A DNA stretch of 64,000 bases from Heptranchias perlo (lineage: Eukaryota). Where the stretch lies: the NCBI RefSeq assembly GCF_035084215.1, contig NC_090366.1:10168001-10232000 (forward strand), in the 5' to 3' direction. This document shows, one piece after another, positions 63,001 through 64,000 of this stretch. Under the pieces are notes generated by a model that was not told the origin of the DNA, made no database searches, and saw only the letters and a program-made list of their open reading frames with translations. A program made the translations under genes and the position numbers. Numbering within the stretch: position 1 is the stretch's first letter; every line of letters starts with the position of its first letter.

Positions 63001-63870
63001 TTCCACTCTCATCCCAGGAATAAATCTAGTGGACCTTTGTTGTACCGCCTCTAAGGCAAGTATATCCTTCCTTAGGTAAGGAGACCAAAATTGTACACAG
63101 TACCCCAGATGTGGTCTCAACAAAGCCCTGTACAACTGCAGCAAGACTTCCTTACTTTTGTATTCCAATCCCCTTGCAATAAGGCCAACATACCATTTGC
63201 CTTCCTTAGTCCTTGCTGTACTTGCATGTTAACTTTCTGTGTTTCATGTACAAGGACACCCAAATCTCTCTAAACACCAACATTTAATAGTTTCTCACCA
63301 TTCAAACAATTTTCTGTTTTTCTATTTTTCCTACCAAAGTGAATAACCTCACATTTCCCCACATTATACTCCATCTGCCACCGTCTTGCCCACTCACTTA
63401 GCCCTTGATTGACTTGTTGTGTCCTCCTCACAGCTTACTTTCCCACTTAGCTTTGTATCATCAGCAAACTTGGATACATTACACTTGGTCCCTTCATCAA
63501 AGTCATTAATATAGATTGTAAAGAGCTGAGGCCCAAGCACTGATTCTTGCGGCACCCCACTAGTTACAACCTGCCAACCAGAAAATGACCCGTTTATTCC
63601 TGCTCTCTGTTTTCTGTTGTTAACCAACTATTAATCCATGCTAAAATATTACCCTCAATCCCATGAGCCCTAATCATGCATAACAACCTCTGATGTGGCA
63701 CTTTATCGAATGCCTTTTGAAAATCTAAATACGTTACGTCCAGTGGTTCCCCCTTATCTACCCTGCTCGTTACTCCCTCAAAAAAAACTCTAAATGGTTT
63801 TGTCAAACACGATTTCCCTTTCATAAAACAGTGTTGACTCTGCCCAATCATATTATCATTTTCTAAGTGT
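63001..63870 (-). mobile_element. CR1 RT fragment
   Basis: [37 protein letters not shown]. Confidence 0.92.
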
Positions 63871-64000
63871 CCTGATGTACATTAGTGAATCAGAAGATTT
63901 TTGATGACAATCCGACAGCTTTCATGGTCATTTTTCTGATGCCTGCCCATAATTTCCCAGATCTTATTTAATTCAATTTCTTAACTTGCCATCATACGAT

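Overview
Eukaryotic, repeat-dense vertebrate genomic DNA. The repeat content (abundant CR1 and CR1-Zenon-like LINEs, L2 3' ends, Deu-domain SINEs, Penelope termini, Harbinger remnants) suggests a cartilaginous fish, but that is inference. Nearly all long ORFs in the track are LINE fragments or tandem-repeat artefacts. Among them are two tandem, same-strand, spliced Ig-superfamily membrane-protein genes with leader / V-set (no B-F disulfide) / C2-set / stalk+TM / cytoplasmic exons, resembling HEPACAM and CD2-SLAM proteins. Gene A spans 2718-15802 (predicted 268 aa, very short tail). Gene B spans 34434 to at least 58824, and its 3' end is not resolved. Both share an unusual extra Cys pair (C2 EF loop plus stalk). 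Other highlights: a 4.7 kb 24-bp satellite that appears to have grown out of a SINE tail, a duplicated cytoplasmic-exon unit split by a near-intact CR1-Zenon-like LINE, and an inverted pair of matching Harbinger-into-CR1 junctions. No prokaryotic features, CRISPR arrays, rRNA or genuine tRNA genes were seen. Repeat boundaries are approximate and were read by eye; exon boundaries were checked base by base.
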